DNA of 64,000 nucleotides from Takakia lepidozioides (Eukaryota > Plantae > Bryophyta): NCBI GenBank assembly GCA_030704615.1, contig CM060731.1, forward strand, positions 1,240,001 through 1,304,000, given 5' to 3'. Each line of letters begins with the position of its first letter. The first letter of the stretch is position 1. Below the pieces are notes generated by a model that saw only the letters and a list, made by a program, of their open reading frames with translations, was not told the origin of the DNA and made no database searches. Shown in pieces: positions 22,166 through 36,999 of the stretch. A program made the position numbers and the translations under genes.

Positions 22166-25100
22166 TGCGCAAGAGGGGCTTCAACAAGTGAGAATAAATT
22201 TCAGCTCTTCCGCTCATTCACTGTCGGCATGTACAGCGGTTGCTTCCAGTCCCTAGGGTCTCCAGATCTGCAGATCATAATTTAAAAGAAACAGTTAGCT
22301 CAGCTACAGCAGTTTCTGACTGGCAGACGCATCTGTGGTTTTAGCGAGTCACATTTCTTCATCGTCGCGACGGGACAACCTCGACAAGCTCAATTGGGTC
22401 CAATGTCATAATCTCTTCTAACAATATCCCCCTCCTAGAGAGTGGTCAGAGGAAAACTGCAAACTGAAGAATACGTTACACAGCCATTATACGTCGGCAG
22501 ATACTGTGAATACAGGAGCTAATGTTCACTCCAAGGATGAGTGTAGAGAGCTGGTGCCGAGGTCCGCCCACTGAAGTACGTACTACCAGATAAGAAGTTC
22601 ATGCTAGCTCAAGAGTAAGGATCAGATGAAATGTCGCGGCTTCCATAACCAAAACGTGTTAGTTCATGTGCTTAGGAGCTGCCAAAAGAAGTGACAGAGA
22701 CGGGTCGCTTGAGATGGGTCGAGGATGGGTCTAGAGAAATAAGGGAGGAAGAGACTCCACAAGACTTAGAAATCCTCTGCGAACTACAATGGCACATTGG
22801 ACTGATTCTACACCCGAGTATCAAACCGGCAAGTAGAAAAACACATTAGGACCGGCAAACTGCAACAGCACACTTCCCCGAATTTGAACCAAAATCTGTA
22901 ACACCATGCGTCTGACTTCTTGAAGGGCAAGGGACTTACAGTAGGAGACGTCGATAATGCGTCATTTCCAGCATGCCCGCAGCTCATGGAAGCACCTGAG
23001 CTGGCTCGAATGATTTTGGAGAGTAGTCAAGTATAGAGTCGAGCTAGAGCTGAGAAAGAATAGAATGCCGAGACGAGATGCAAGGCAATGCAGGTAGCGG
23101 ACTCGGATGAAGAGCGATGGACATGGAGGGGGCAACAAGGCAGCAAGCTGCAAAGATGGGTACCGAAAGATGGAGACTGTGCGGAGTCACGAGTGGATGG
23201 ACAAGCCAGAAGTGACTGATGAGGGCATGGTGCGTATGCAACCAACCGAGGAATGGATCATAGAAGGAACTTGCAGGTACTTTAGGACCAAGTCACCCCC
23301 CTAATTACTGCCCTCATTCACTGCTGCAGTGTGTGAGAAACTCTAGTCAGCAGAAGCAAGACTGAAGACAGTTTTTGTTTCTGGGGAAGAGATAGCAGGG
23401 AGGAAGATGAAGAACAGACATAATAAAGGCTGGACAGAGAGCAACGCAGCGGCTTCCGCGTACATTAAATTGCGCTATATTGCTTGCAAGACTTGCAGCC
23501 TCCGCGTGTCGCTGCGCAGCCGGTCTGGTCTGAAGCTCGCTGCAGATCGTACCACCTCCCTCGCTGGCGCGCCGCTTGTGTCATCCTCACGCGTACCTCT
23601 GCAGCTTCTCTGAAGCTTGTGCTGCATGAGGCTCCGCTGCCATTTTGAATTGAACCAACCGTCTCCTCCACCACCCCATCTACCAACCCATGATGCCGAC
23701 AAGCCCCTCTTCACATTCCTCATCATGCTCTATGTAGGTCTCATGCTCTCTCACCAAAACTGCAAACCCACATCCACAAACCCAATTGGGTTTCTGGGTT
23801 TTGCAGTGTGTTGTATTGTGAGAGTCCGGTTAGCCTAATCAACCCTAGGTTTGAACTGGGGTTGGGTCAGAAATTTGCCATGTTCCGGGACCAGTTGCAA
23901 ACAGACACATCAATTTTGCAACATTGATTTTGACGGTCTGAAATTGGCAATCAACATGCCATGGAGTCGGTCGTGCAGTGCCTCTTTGCAAATATGTGGG
24001 CTAATGGAATAGACCATGTCTTTTATTTAGAAGACAGTTATGGAAAGTTTGTACTGAGGAGATTGCATTGTACCTTGGACCCTCATACAAACTTGGTGGT
24101 TGGGCTGAGGAAAACCCAATGTTCATAAGTTTGGCACAATCCACAAGCTTGACTATGGAAGGAAGGTCTCTCCAAGTAACTTACGACTTCTCTCCACCTT
24201 GGCTTTCTCCATGGCCCTCTTGATGGATATCTAGAACATCAAATTCTCATATTGGTGATTGCTGGCCGAACAAGGTCCAGTTACTTACAGGACACAGAGA
24301 TGAAACAGGTGCATGATTGCCCATTGTACACAACACACTGTTCTCTTGTGTGTACTAGCCCTCAATGCTCACCCTAAATCAGCGCTGCTGTCCTGGATGC
24401 TCCATTATATGTCTGAGTGTGAAAGCTTTCTGGGCTTCGAACTGAGGGTTGATGACCCATGCTTGCATGACAATTGCATGACATCTGCATTCCGGATGCC
24501 GCAACATGAACCCCCTCATTGAAAGCGGAAATTCATGATTGAGATACGATGAAGTCTGGCCATGATTACACCTAGAATTGTTATGTACTGTCGTACACGA
24601 AGGAGGAGAGAGCCTAGAGGTCCAGGAAGTTGGGTGTCTGATAAGAAACGACGATGGTGATCTTTGATCATGCAAGTCCTTACTCCTTACACTCGTTGAC
24701 CAGTTATGTCCACCACTTCTCTATTCCTTTGGGATCTCTTGGATCGGTTTCTTCGAGCTCCACCCAAAACAACAATCTTTCACTCTCTCATGAATTGCTG
24801 ATATATTGCGGATTGGGGGTCTGAGCTACGATTCCTCAAGCGGATAGTCTCATGGTCAAGCGACTTGTATCCTTTGTTCCACTTTTTTCTTTCTTCTGTT
24901 CCACACCCCCACGCGCGTGTGGGAGGGTTGGTTTGGGCGCTGGAGGAAGAGATGCAGCTTCGCTTCGCAAGGGAAAATTTTCATGTTTGTGGCAGTGTAT
25001 GGCTCAGCACTACGAAAACAGTATCCTTCGGTCAGACAGCAGCAGAACTCACTGTCATTCCAACAATTTCGAACTAGCGAACTCGAGGATCATCTGAGAA

Positions 25101-26265
25101 CACGGGGGTTTTCAGTAATTGCTACTTACCTAGCCACATCCTCAGACGCTATCGTTGAAATCTCCTATCAATTATATGAAGCAGAGCCAGTGAAGTACTG
25201 AGTTGCCACCGTCCGTCCCAGCAGCTAGGGACTTCATCACATGAATAACGACTGGGTAGCTCTGCTTTTCGGCAAGCAGGCTTATGTGTCTCACTCACGA
25301 TCATTGGAGCAACCGGGAATAGGAGGAGAATGATCAGCAGCACCCAGTTTACAGCAGTGTACGGTGTGTGCCATGGACATTCACGATCCATTACGACTGA
25401 AGGAGACGGGAATGTCGGGATGTGAAAAAGGATTGCAAGCTCTACTTATACATAGGGAAGTGCACTTGCCTCCGAGGACTTTGCATTTGTAGTACAGAGA
25501 CATCAAACTTGTTCTTTTTCCCCTCAACAAGTCACATGACATCACTCACACTGACTACCCACATGCCACGCAGACAAACACACAGCCACAAATATATCCA
25601 GCGTATCCCATCCATCGCCTTGTGATCTGTCACTGGATTTCAATTAAGAATGTTCAAGAAGAATTTGTGATGTCCATCATTATTCATGCAAGCTATTCAA
25701 ATGTTTCATGTAGCAGCATCTTCTGCTTGTTATTCTCATTCTTATGAATCAGTAATCTGCCACTATGCTACAATTGCAGCACAAGGACATGACATGACAC
25801 AATGCCATCCGGTAACATACCAGTATTATAAACTTATCATAGACAAAGTCTTACTGGACTGCAGTCAGTTTGCCAGTTTAGAGGGCAGTAAGAACTGTAT
25901 TATGAGGGGGGGGTATAATTATCTGCATCCCATCATGATGATCGGATGTGTAACTAACTTATATGATGATGGGCTGCCCACATTATTGTTTGTGATAATT
26001 TGAAGTCATAGAATCTAGTAAGATTTTAGGCATATGATTAGTTTCTCTCATGTTTTGATAATATGCGTGGAATGATTCTAAACATGTATGTCTTATCTGG
26101 TTTTCACGTTTTCACATGGGCTGGCAGTTTACAAACATGATGCACACCCACCACGTCTCTAGAAACAGCTAACCCATTACATGACTACATGTATATACTC
26201 GGTCCCTCATGGTGTGCAGTTACTTTGAATGTTAAGAGGTTGGTTTTTCCTCTCATTCTAATTAA

Positions 26266-27735
26266 CCCTTAAACGCCCAGTGCCATAGTTTGACTTTTTC
26301 AGGAAACATGACCCCTTAAGTGAAAAAAAGGTGTAACTTTCAGAAAATTAACTTTTTATGTAACTTGACCGCACATTAGGTGCCTACCAGTGTTGGCAGG
26401 GTATCACATTTTGGGCATATTGAAGGGTCCGGATAAAGCATATTCATGTAAAGTGGTATGGAGCCGGTTATATATAATATAGTGGTTCAAAAATTAAGTC
26501 GGTTACAATAGAATGGTCCCCCAAAAAAGTGTCTCGGTTATCAATATGCCGGTTATCCAAGTGGAAGACTACCGGGTACCTATATTACGGTTATCAATAG
26601 TGGTTTTATTTTTTATTTATTTTCTTAAAGGGAAACATCTGGCTCACAAATTAGGCCCTGTGAGAGGAGAAATTGATTTTCATCTATGATATATTCAGAG
26701 GTTATTTTTTCCTCTTGTATCTCTCGGACATTCATGTCCTTATTATAAAGCTTGAGGCCTCTTACCCTCTTCTTTATATATATATTTCAAGAGGACCAGA
26801 AAATAATAGTAATAATAAAGAGACAAAACACAGATCAGAAACCTTAATGGAGGGATGAGAGAATTGATTGAAAAGATGTCAATGGCTGCGTGACAGAGCA
26901 GACATGCATTCTTGCATGGCGGCGAAATCAAATCAATTGAAAGCATTTCTCTTGGACCCTGCACCTGCATCATCTAGAACCGCCTCTATGCCATCCACGC
27001 TTGCTTTGGATCTCACTCCGGGTATAACACCCTTACAATCACAACGCTCGGTTCTCTAGTCGGTTAGCAACCTTGATGGCCTTTGCCAGTTCCCTTCCAT
27101 AGCCGGGTCCCTGCGCGCTGCACTTTCCGGTTATGCACCTATGCATAACCGGCAAATAACCGCCGGGTATGAATGTCTAAATGCCATACCCGGCCACTGG
27201 TGCGTACCTTCCTCCTGCATCCACATGCCGAATTTGAGGCCAATCAGCCCCAGATCCACAAAATGCCACCATTGAATGTGGGCCCATTATTGGGCCCTTT
27301 TGAGAAACATATCCATTTTTGGTAATTTTTTAAAGATTTGAGTGACGGGATCAAATGGGATTGAGGCGAAATTAGCAGGGTTTCATCCTCTTGAGATCCC
27401 TCATCCAACAAGCCAAAAAGTATCCAATTTGGTCAATGCATGTGATGTTGCCACTTGGTCAAACCTGGGAAAATCCCATGTTTCCCTCCCTCTCTCACAC
27501 ATGTGTGAAGAATGAAACAACGAGAATTACCTTTATTAAATCGTGACCCCCCTGTTTGCGTGATGAGACGTCTTTGCAACTTAGCAGATCTGAGGCAATT
27601 AGGCAATGAATCTTGGTGTGTCAGGTGCCCAAGAACACTATATATTTTTTTCACACAATTCCATGGAGAATGCAAAAAGTTATTCAGATTTTTTTAAACC
27701 CAAAAGCCCGAAACGGGCTACTGGGCGTTTAAGGG
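26266..27735. mobile_element. Non-autonomous piggyBac-like DNA transposon (1470 bp)
   Basis: Perfect 16-bp TIRs CCCTTAAACGCCCAGT / ACTGGGCGTTTAAGGG with TTAA on both sides (26262-26265, 27736-27739). Internal cggttat repeats and a subterminal hairpin agcccgaaacgggct. No transposase ORF. Confidence 0.85.
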
Positions 27736-30700
27736 TTAAAGGGCACTATTTGTTATCACATATTTCCCTTTCAGAAACATGAACTATTCACAGTTCACAC
27801 TCTGTAATTTATCAATTGTAGAAGGAATTGACGGATGTAACATGTAACAGTGCTTTGTCTCTAGTTCAGAAGGAAGTCTTATGAGCTGAGTTATAGTAGC
27901 AGGGAGGGATACTTATTCACATAAACACTTGTCCAAATTTCAGTCATGGGCGTCAGCTTTCTGTTCAATGGAAGATGACGACGACTCATCACCTCTTATC
28001 ATTTTTGCTTGTCATCTGGTGCACCGATCAGGTGCCATCACACATTCGTCCATCATGAGCGACCTTAAAATATCCCACAAACACAGTTCAAGAGTAGACT
28101 GTAATGGTATGTTGGCACTCAATATTAAATATCGGCCCACCAATGATGAATCTATTTGGCAGTGTGCATTCATAGACCCACCTGGAAAACATGCTTCAAC
28201 TCTTCTACGGCTTTGACCCTGCCCAGCACATACACCGTTAGATGGCCCAGGGATTTGAGGCATTGAACTTCGATAAATGGGCCACGTTGTAGTGGGAAGA
28301 ACATGATGTCCACTCCATGTTACCTCTAGAAGACTTGGCGACGACAAGTTTTTTGTTTTTTGTTTTTTGTTTTTTTTTGGGATGAACAGTGGGTAGAGGT
28401 TGAAAAGAGGGGAAAACAAGAGAGCGGAGGAAAAAATAACCTCCAGGGAGGCCATAAAGGCGTATAACATGGGAACACCCAGCACTGATAGAAAGGGGGG
28501 GAACAGCAGGAACAAGCCGGATCGTGGCTAAACTATGATGCCTGAGTGATGATGAAGAAAGAGCCCAAAGTCTTGAGATGAGCCAAAAGAAGAAGCTCCA
28601 GGATGATGAAGGAGCCCCAAGTCTTGAAAAGAACCAAAAGAAGGGGCAGAGGGCTGTAGTATGCTACCAATCCTAGGGGAAAGGTAACAGTAGCCCGCAC
28701 TACAAGGCAACCCCCTCGGTAGCGCAATCATAGTACGCGCACGCGCCAGGTGCGCACTAGCACGTGAACTCCCAAAGAAGGCGCAAGTTTCCTAGCCCCT
28801 TGGATGGGGGTCACCCGATTTCGGCACTACGCAAACACACGATTAACCCAATTTACCTCTCCCACTTTTATAAGCTAGCATGCATTCTACACACTAGCCA
28901 ACCATATCATGCTCACCATTCCAGACAAAATAGGATGCACAACATTTGGAATCCATTTCATTTATAGCACGTTTTGTACAATACAAGTTTTTGCAATCGG
29001 ATTCCTAAGCTAGCTAAACCGGGCTAAGCACGCATTTCCTCCCCCACGCTCCAAGGTTGATGTCCCCATCAACGCTTCTTCCGCTTTTGAGGTCGCCCTT
29101 CGAAAGCTGCAACCGCCTCAGATGCGTTTCCCATTTCTGAGGCACGCACCCAAGATGCCTCCACATGATGATAGCCCTTCCATTTGACGAGATACTCCGT
29201 TTCTCGGTTCTTGAACCTCCTCGACTTAAGTATTGCCTCCACCTCGTACTCAGGTTCATTTTCATGATCCAACAGCATAGGTGGCGGACGCAACACTTGA
29301 TGCCGATTCGGACGCGCTTCATATTTGAAGTAAGGCTTCAAAAGGGAGACATGGAATACTGGGTGCACCTTGCTGTTTGCCGGTAGCTCCAATTCATACA
29401 CATCCTCATTCATAACCTTCCGAATGCGAAAGGGTCCCGCATACGGAGGTACGAACTTCGGACTCACTTCTGGAGGTAGTCGGAAATTCTTGATGTTCAA
29501 CCAGACCTCTGTGCCTGCCTCAAACTTCACTTCCCTCCGTTTCCGATTCGCCTACCTTTCATACCATTTCCTAGCTTTGGCAATGTTGTACTTTGCGAGC
29601 TTCAACAAACGCTCGCGTTCTTCCAGTACCACCGCTACTGCCGGTTCCTCAACGTCCTGGGCGGCCCAACTTGTCGGCACAAGAGGTGCTTTTCCATAGA
29701 CCAATACGAAAAGGGAAACTCCCGTTGCGGAGTGTTCTGTGTTATTATAACAGAACTCTGCCGCGTCTAAGTGTTCCACCCAGTTTGTTTGGTCTGCCGA
29801 CACGTAATTCCGCAAGATCTGCTTCACTACGGAATTCACCCTTTCTGTTTGGCCGTCGGTCGTAGGTCGGAAGGCGGTGCTCATCTTCAGCCTCGTCCCC
29901 ATCTTCTTCCAAAGTGCCCTCCAAAATTTACTCGTAAACTTTGGATCGCGGTCCGAGACAATATCCTTCGGGACTCCATGATGCTTTAAGACATGGGCGA
30001 AGTAAAGTCGCCCTGTCTCCTGCGCCGTTGCCGTCTCTTTGGTGGGGATGAAATGGCCCATTTTACTGAACCTATCCACCACCACCATGATTGCATTGAA
30101 TCCTTTTGACAACAGCATAGCAGTCATGAAATCCATCGAGACGCTTTCCCAAGTCCCCTCTGGAATCGGCAGGGGTTGTAACAGCCCCGCTTGCTTTTTG
30201 TACTCGCTCCGGTTTTGTTGGCATGTGGTGCATGTCTTGACATACTCCTCTGCCTCCTCCCTCAGTTTGGGCCAGAAATACTCTTTTTTTAAGAGTGCCG
30301 CAGTGCGCTTGGCTCTGCCGTGGCCCGCAAGCGGGCTATCATGGCATTCTCTCAAGAGACTATCTCTGATCCCTCCCTTCGGCACGTAGAGACGTTTTTG
30401 CTTATACCGGAGCAGTCCATTTTGCAAGTGGAACTGCGATTTAACCCCCATCCTCAAGTCGTGCATCACGGACTTCGCCAGCTCATCCTTCCGGCAAGCC
30501 TTTCGGATCTTCCTTTGGAGCGTCGTCTCGCCCTTGTACACCAACAAGAGCTGCTGCTTTCTACTTAAAGCATCGGCCACCACGTTGTCTCGTCCCGGTT
30601 TGTACTGGATATCCACGTCGAACACCGCCAAAGTATCTTGCCACCTAAGTTGTTTTGGGGACAACTTGGGCTGCGTGGCAAAATACTTCACCGTGACATT

Positions 30701-31034
30701 GTCCGTGAACACTGGGTTAGAACCAACATAGTGGCGCCAAAGCTCAAGGCAATGCACCACCGCCTTCATCTCTTTTTCGTGCGTCGGCCACCGTCGCTCC
30801 ACTTCATTCAGTTTCTTACTTTCGTAAGGCACTGGACGTCCATCTTGCATCAGTACACCCCCAATCGCGAAGTCCGACGCATCTGTATGAATCTCGAACG
30901 GACGATCGAACTCCGGGATTTTCAAGACTGGAGCTTCCGCCATCCGCTGCTTCAATTCAGCAAAAGCTTGGCCACAAAAGGTGTTCCATGCCCAGGCTTT
31001 GGATTTACACAGAAGGTCTGACAGCGGCCCCGCG

Positions 31035-31766
31035 TGTCGCGCACCTCACTTCGGTAAGCTCCCCCTCAAGTCATAGTTACTCGCTTTGATGCGCGCGCCT
31101 GACTCCCAATCTGGCCGCTGGCCCAACTTGGAGCTTCGGCTACTCACCGGGGCATAATGGTCCCCATTTGCTCTCCCAAAGAACCCTCCACCGATTTGGA
31201 ACATGCGGGAATTCCCTTTGGTAGTTGGCAGTCCGGAACAGCTCCCCACTCTTTGGTCGCTTTCCGGCTCGCTCGCTTACTCACTAGTTTTTGGTCACCA
31301 CGGGCTTGCACCGTTCTCGGGTTACTACTCCCTATATATACTTCTGTAGCTGTCTGCGGGGGTTTCACAACCAGCCATGCCATTTTATGGCGAACCACCA
31401 CGAAAACCCTCGACTCCCGTGATGAGTCGAGTCGCGTGAGTCTTGGCCCACTCACCACGGCCCCTATGGACCGTGATGAGTCCCAAGACTCCCCACGACT
31501 CCCACCACGAGGTCTCCGCCCCCATGGTGAGTCCTTAGCCACCCCCACCAAGTCCCGCTAAGCTACCACCACCCCTTGTGGAGCCACCCCCACCGCAACC
31601 CGGTGTGCGGGGCTCCACCTAGTGAGCGCCTCCGCCTCCTTGGGTGCCTTGGGCACTCAAGGGTGCTTCAGCCCCCCATACCTATCGCTGCCACTCCCCC
31701 CACCACAGGGGCAACCCCTCATGTGTCCCGACCCCCCCCCTGCCCTCAAGGCAAAGGGCCGTGACA
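31035..31766 (-). repeat. 3' LTR of inner element
   Basis: tgtcgcgcacc...gggccgtgaca; near-identical to 37000-37725. Confidence 0.93.
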
Positions 31767-34700
31767 CACACCCCTACCAACAGGGAGTCGATGTCCTCAT
31801 CGATTAGTCCATTTTGTAGAAACGAACATCCAAGTGTGGCGTCCCACATCAAGGAGTTTGTTTCCGTACCATGGCGTCCCATGGCAAAGAACCAAACCCC
31901 ACACTTGACTCTACTCTCCACTAGCTAGTTCGGCCGACTTCCTCCAAGTCCCGGCCAGGGGTGGAGCCTCTCAAGCTCCTCCCAGTGCCTACTTCAAGGC
32001 CAAGGAACGATCCTCCCCAAGGATCAAATCGCCTTACTGCAACACATTGCTTGCGATCGCTCATGATGCCGCCTTTGGTATCACCTTGCGCGCAAGATTC
32101 ACCTCGAACCCCCTTTGACTAGGAAGATAACCTTGAACCAACCATGCGCCTCAATCACTACAATTGGGTCCGTCTTGGAATGCTGGCCTAAGGTACTGGA
32201 ACACGTCGAAGCCGCACTACGACTTCGTCCCAAGGCTACACGATTATAGTACGTGAACGAAAGCACGTAGCTTCCGTGTTAGCCCGCACTACAAAGCAAC
32301 CACCTCGGTAGCGCAGTTATAGTACGCGCACGCGCCAGGTGCGCACTAGCACGTGAACTCCCAAAGAAGGCGCATGTTTCCTTGCCCCTTGGATGGGAGT
32401 CACCCGATTTCGGCACTACGCAAACACACGATTAACCCAATTACCTCTCCCACTTTTGTAAGCTAGCATGCATTCTACACACTAGCCAACCACACCATGC
32501 ATCACCATTCCAAACAAAATAGGACGCACAACATTTGGAACCCATTTCCTTTATAACAAATTTTTGTACAATACAAGTTTTTGCAATCGGATTCCTGAGC
32601 TAGCTAAACCGGGCTAAGCATGCATTTCCTCCCCCCACGCTCCAAGGTTGATGTCCCCATCAACGCTTCTTCCGCTTTTGAGGTCGCCCTTCAAAACTGC
32701 AACCGCCTCGGATGCGTTTCCCATTTCTTAGGCACGCACCCAAGATGCCTCCACATGATGATAGCCCTTCCATTTGACGAGATACTCCGTTTCTTGGTTC
32801 CTGAACCTCCTCGACTTAAGTATTGCCTCCACCTCGTACTCAGGTTCATTTTCATGATCCAACAACATAGGTGGCGGACGCAACACTTGATGCCGATTCG
32901 GACGCGCTTCATCTTTGAAGTAAGGCTTCAAAAGGGAGACATGGAATACTGGGTGCACCTTGCTGTTTGCCGGTAGCTCCAATTCATACACATCCTCATT
33001 CATAACCTTCTGAATGCGAAAGGGTCCCGCATACGGAGGTACGAACTTCGGACTCACTTCCGAGGTAGTCGGAAATTCTTGATGTTCAACCAGACCTCTG
33101 TGCCTGCCTCAAACTTCACTTCCCTCCGTTTCCGATTCGCCCTGCCTTTCATACCGTTTCCTAGCTTTGGCAATGTTATACATTCTGCGAGCTTCAACAA
33201 ACGCTCGCGTTCTTCCAGTACCGCCGCTACTGCCAGTTCTCTCGACGTCCTGGCGGCCCAACTTGTCGGCACTAGAGGTGCTTTTCCATAGACCAATACG
33301 AAAGGGAAAACTCTCGTTGCGGAGTGTTCTGTGTTATTATAACAGAACTCTGCCGCGTCTACGTGTTCCACCCAGTTTGTTTGGTCTGCCGACACGTAAT
33401 TCCGCAAGATCTGCTTCACTACGGAATTCACCTTTCTGTTGGGCCGTCGGTCGTAAAGGTCGGAAGCGGTGCTCATCTTCAGTCCTCGTCCCCATCTTCT
33501 TCCAAAGTGCTCTCCAAAATTTACTCGTAAACTTTGGATCGTGGTCCGAGACAATATCCTTCGGGACTCCATGATGCTTAAAGACATGGGCGAAGTAAAG
33601 TCGCCCTGTCTCCTACGCCGTTGCCGTCTCTTTGGTGGGGATGAAATGGCCCATTTTACTGAACCTATCCACCACCACCATGATTGCATCGAATCCTTTT
33701 GACAGCGGCATAGCAGTCATGAAATCCATCGAGACGCTTTCCCAAGTCCATTTTGCAAGTGGAACTGCGATTTAACCCCCATCCTCAAGTCGTGCATCAC
33801 GGACTTTGCCAGCTCAATCCTTCCCGGCAAGCCTTTCGGATCTTCCTTTGGAGCGTCGTCCTCGCCCTTGTAACACCAACAGAAGCTACTGCTTTCTACT
33901 TAAAGCATCGGCCACCACGTTGTCTCGTCCCGGTTTGTACTGGATATCCACGTCGAACACCGCCAAAGTATCTTGCCACCTAAGTTGTTTTGGGGACAAC
34001 TTGGGCTGCGTGGCAAAATACTTCACCGTGACATTGTCCGTGAACACCTTCACTGGGTTGGAACCAACATAGTGGCGCCAAAAAGCTCAAGGCACCACCG
34101 CCTTCATCTCTTTTTCGTGCGTCGGCCACCGTCGCTCCACTTCATTCAGTTTCTTACTTTCGTAAGCCACTGGACGTCCATCTTGCATCAGTACACCCCC
34201 AATCGCGAAGTCCGACGCATCTGTATGAATCTCGAACGGACGATCGAACTCCGGGATTTTCAAGACTGGAGCTTCCGCCATCCGCTGCTTCAATTCAGCA
34301 AAAGCTTGGCCACAAAAGGTTCCATGCCCAGACTTTAGATTTACACAGAAGGTCTGACAGCGGCCCCCGCGATCTTGGCAAAATTTCTCACATACTTCCG
34401 GTAATAGGAGGCGAGTCCTAGGAAGGATCGCACTCCCGGGACCGAAGTCGGAGGCTCCCAGTCCAAGATCGCCCTCACCTTTGTCATCCATTTTGATCCC
34501 ATCCTGTGTAATCACATGCCCCAAGAACTCCACTTTCGTGACCCCGAATTCGCACTTTGAAGCTTTGGGTACAGCTTCCCTTCCCGCAATTTTGGAACAC
34601 CCTTTTGAGGTGCTCCAGGTGCTCCTCCTTTGTTTTCGAGTACACCAAGATGTCGTCGATGTACACGATCACAAAGTCATCCAACCACTCCTGGAAAAGG

Positions 34701-36985
34701 CTGTTCATCAGCGTGCTAAAGGTCGCTGGTGCATTGGTGAGCCCAAAAGGCATCACCAAGAACTCATATGAACCATACCTTGTCCTGCACGCGGTCTTCT
34801 CCTCATCTCCTTCCCCACCCGAATTTGATGATAGCCGGAGCGCAAGTCGATCCGGCTGAAATACTTCGCTCCTGCCAACCGATCGAAAAGGTCGTCGATC
34901 CTTGGCAAAGGGTACCGGTTTTTGATAGTCACCTTATTCAAAGCCCTGTAATCGACACACATCCGCAGCGTCCCATCCTTCTTGTCTGCAAATAGCACCG
35001 GGGCTCCGTAAGGTGACTTACTCGGCCGGATGTACCCCTTTGACATTAGATCCTTGAGCTGAGTCTTCAGCTCGACCAACTCTCTGTGGCTCAACCGGTA
35101 GGGCGCCTTGGCAGGCGGTTCCGATCCCGGTATCACCTCAATCTTGTGGTCAACTCCTCTTCGCGGTGGCAAGCCGCTTGGTAAATCCTCCGGCATCACA
35201 TCCTGGTATTTCTCCAAAATCCCCTTGATCCAATCTGGGCTCGGCTCCCCATCGCCTTCTTTTCACTTCTCTAATGTAAAGCAAAAACTGGGGCTCGTGT
35301 GCCTCCTCCACGGCCCACTCCCTTGCTGACAGAAGGTTATTCGCCCTCCCACGGATTTGGGCGTTTCCGACACTCGTAAGACCTCGCCACCATTCCCACA
35401 TGCAGCGTGACTACTCTCTTGCGGCCATCTATGACCGCTCCGGATTTGCTCAAAAAGGTCATCCCCAAAATGAGATCCACTCCATCGATCTCGCAGATGG
35501 TGAAGTTCTCACGTCCCTCCCAACTCCCCAGTTGAAGAGGAACATCAAACGCCAACCTTGTCGCCAACTGTGGTTCTCCTTTGGCAGAACGCACCTCAAT
35601 AGAGGCCCCCACGTCACTTGTCGGGAGTCCCAACTTTCGCGCCGCCGCCGGCGTCATGAAGGAGTGCGACGCTCCTGTGTCCACCAACAACGACACGTTA
35701 GTTCCGGATATTATCCCATCCACGAACAATAACTGACTCCCTTTACGCAGGGCGCCAGTTTCCTGATACAACTCACAAGAATAGTTGCCTACCTTGCAAG
35801 TCCTGGCGACCACCGCTTCCACCCAAGCGACTGATGGTATCTTCCGACAGCTCCGTGGTTGCCCGAGTCATGTTCAATTGTCGGGTTTCGTGCACTTCTT
35901 GGCCATGTGCCCGGGCTCCCCGCAATTGAAACACACTCCATCAAAGGTCGCCTTCTGTCCGCCATAAGCCGCTCCACCCGCTTTTCCTTTCGAAGCACCG
36001 GGTGCCGCCTTGACGTGTGAAGGCCCTCCCTTCGATTTCCACGTGCCATTGTCGCCGCGTGGCCTATCCCACTTCTTTTCCGGTCGGAAGGAGTCACCTT
36101 CCCGCCGGGTCTTTGTGGTTCAGCTCCGTACGGCCTTGTCTCTCACCCCTAGGGACATCCGAGAAACATTCAGCCCTCTCAATTGCCTCGTTCAAAGTCT
36201 TGGGTGGCTTCTCCTCCAACTTCCGCCTGGCCCATGGGGCCAGTCCCGCCACAAAGTTGAAGACCATTTCTGGTTCTGCCATGTCCGCGACTTCGAGCAA
36301 CAGCACATTGAAAGCCTGGACATACCCCCGAATGTCATCTGTTTGCTTCAAATTCCTCATCTTGTCCCGGGCAAGCCAGGACGCGTTGAGGGCAAACTGT
36401 CTCTTCATCAATTCCTTGAACCCACTCCAGTTCAAGGTTTCCGGGCTTTGGACCTCGGTCGTGAAGGCGTTTCTGCCACCATTGTTGAGCATAGCCCCTC
36501 AAATAGGTGGGAGCCACTTCCACCCGATCCTCGTCACTCAACTTGGCCGCCCGGAAGTACTGCTCTAGCTCCAAGAGCCAGGTGTTGAGTGCCTTCCGAT
36601 TTCGGACGCCCTCGAAGGTCGGGTTCCTTAGGCTTCACCTTAAACTTTGCCTTAGTGGAAGTGGCATTAGCGCCGCCTTCAACACGTCTTTCAACGTCCC
36701 GCCAAACTGCGCCAACAACCCTTCCCAAAAAGCTGCCGGCATGGGAGCATCTGTTGGTTGTCGGAGCTCTAAGGATTCCTCGGGCTCCGACTCCTCGGAT
36801 TCCTCCCGCTTGAGCGGCCTCGTTTTCGGAAACCTGCATCGCTTCCTCAAACGGCCGCCTCGGTGACACGTCGCCCCCATCGGGCTCACCAGGATCATCA
36901 TCTTTTGGGCCGTTCCGCTTTCGCTTTGGCTTGCCCGACCCCATGATGAGGCCAATCCCAAGGACGATCGCGTACTGAACTCTAA

Positions 36986-36997
36986 GCTCTGATACCA
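36986..36997 (-). promoter_or_regulatory. Primer-binding site, tRNA-iMet (TGGTATCAGAGC), inner element
   Basis: gctctgatacca 2 nt from the LTR edge. Confidence 0.9.
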
Positions 36998-36999
36998 AG

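Noticed and set aside
22415-25400. Possible copia PPT/LTR start (aggagggggatattgttag on the - strand), a small hairpin at ~23759-23807, and short ORFs
   Set aside because: No second LTR, PBS or recognisable domain; too degraded to call.
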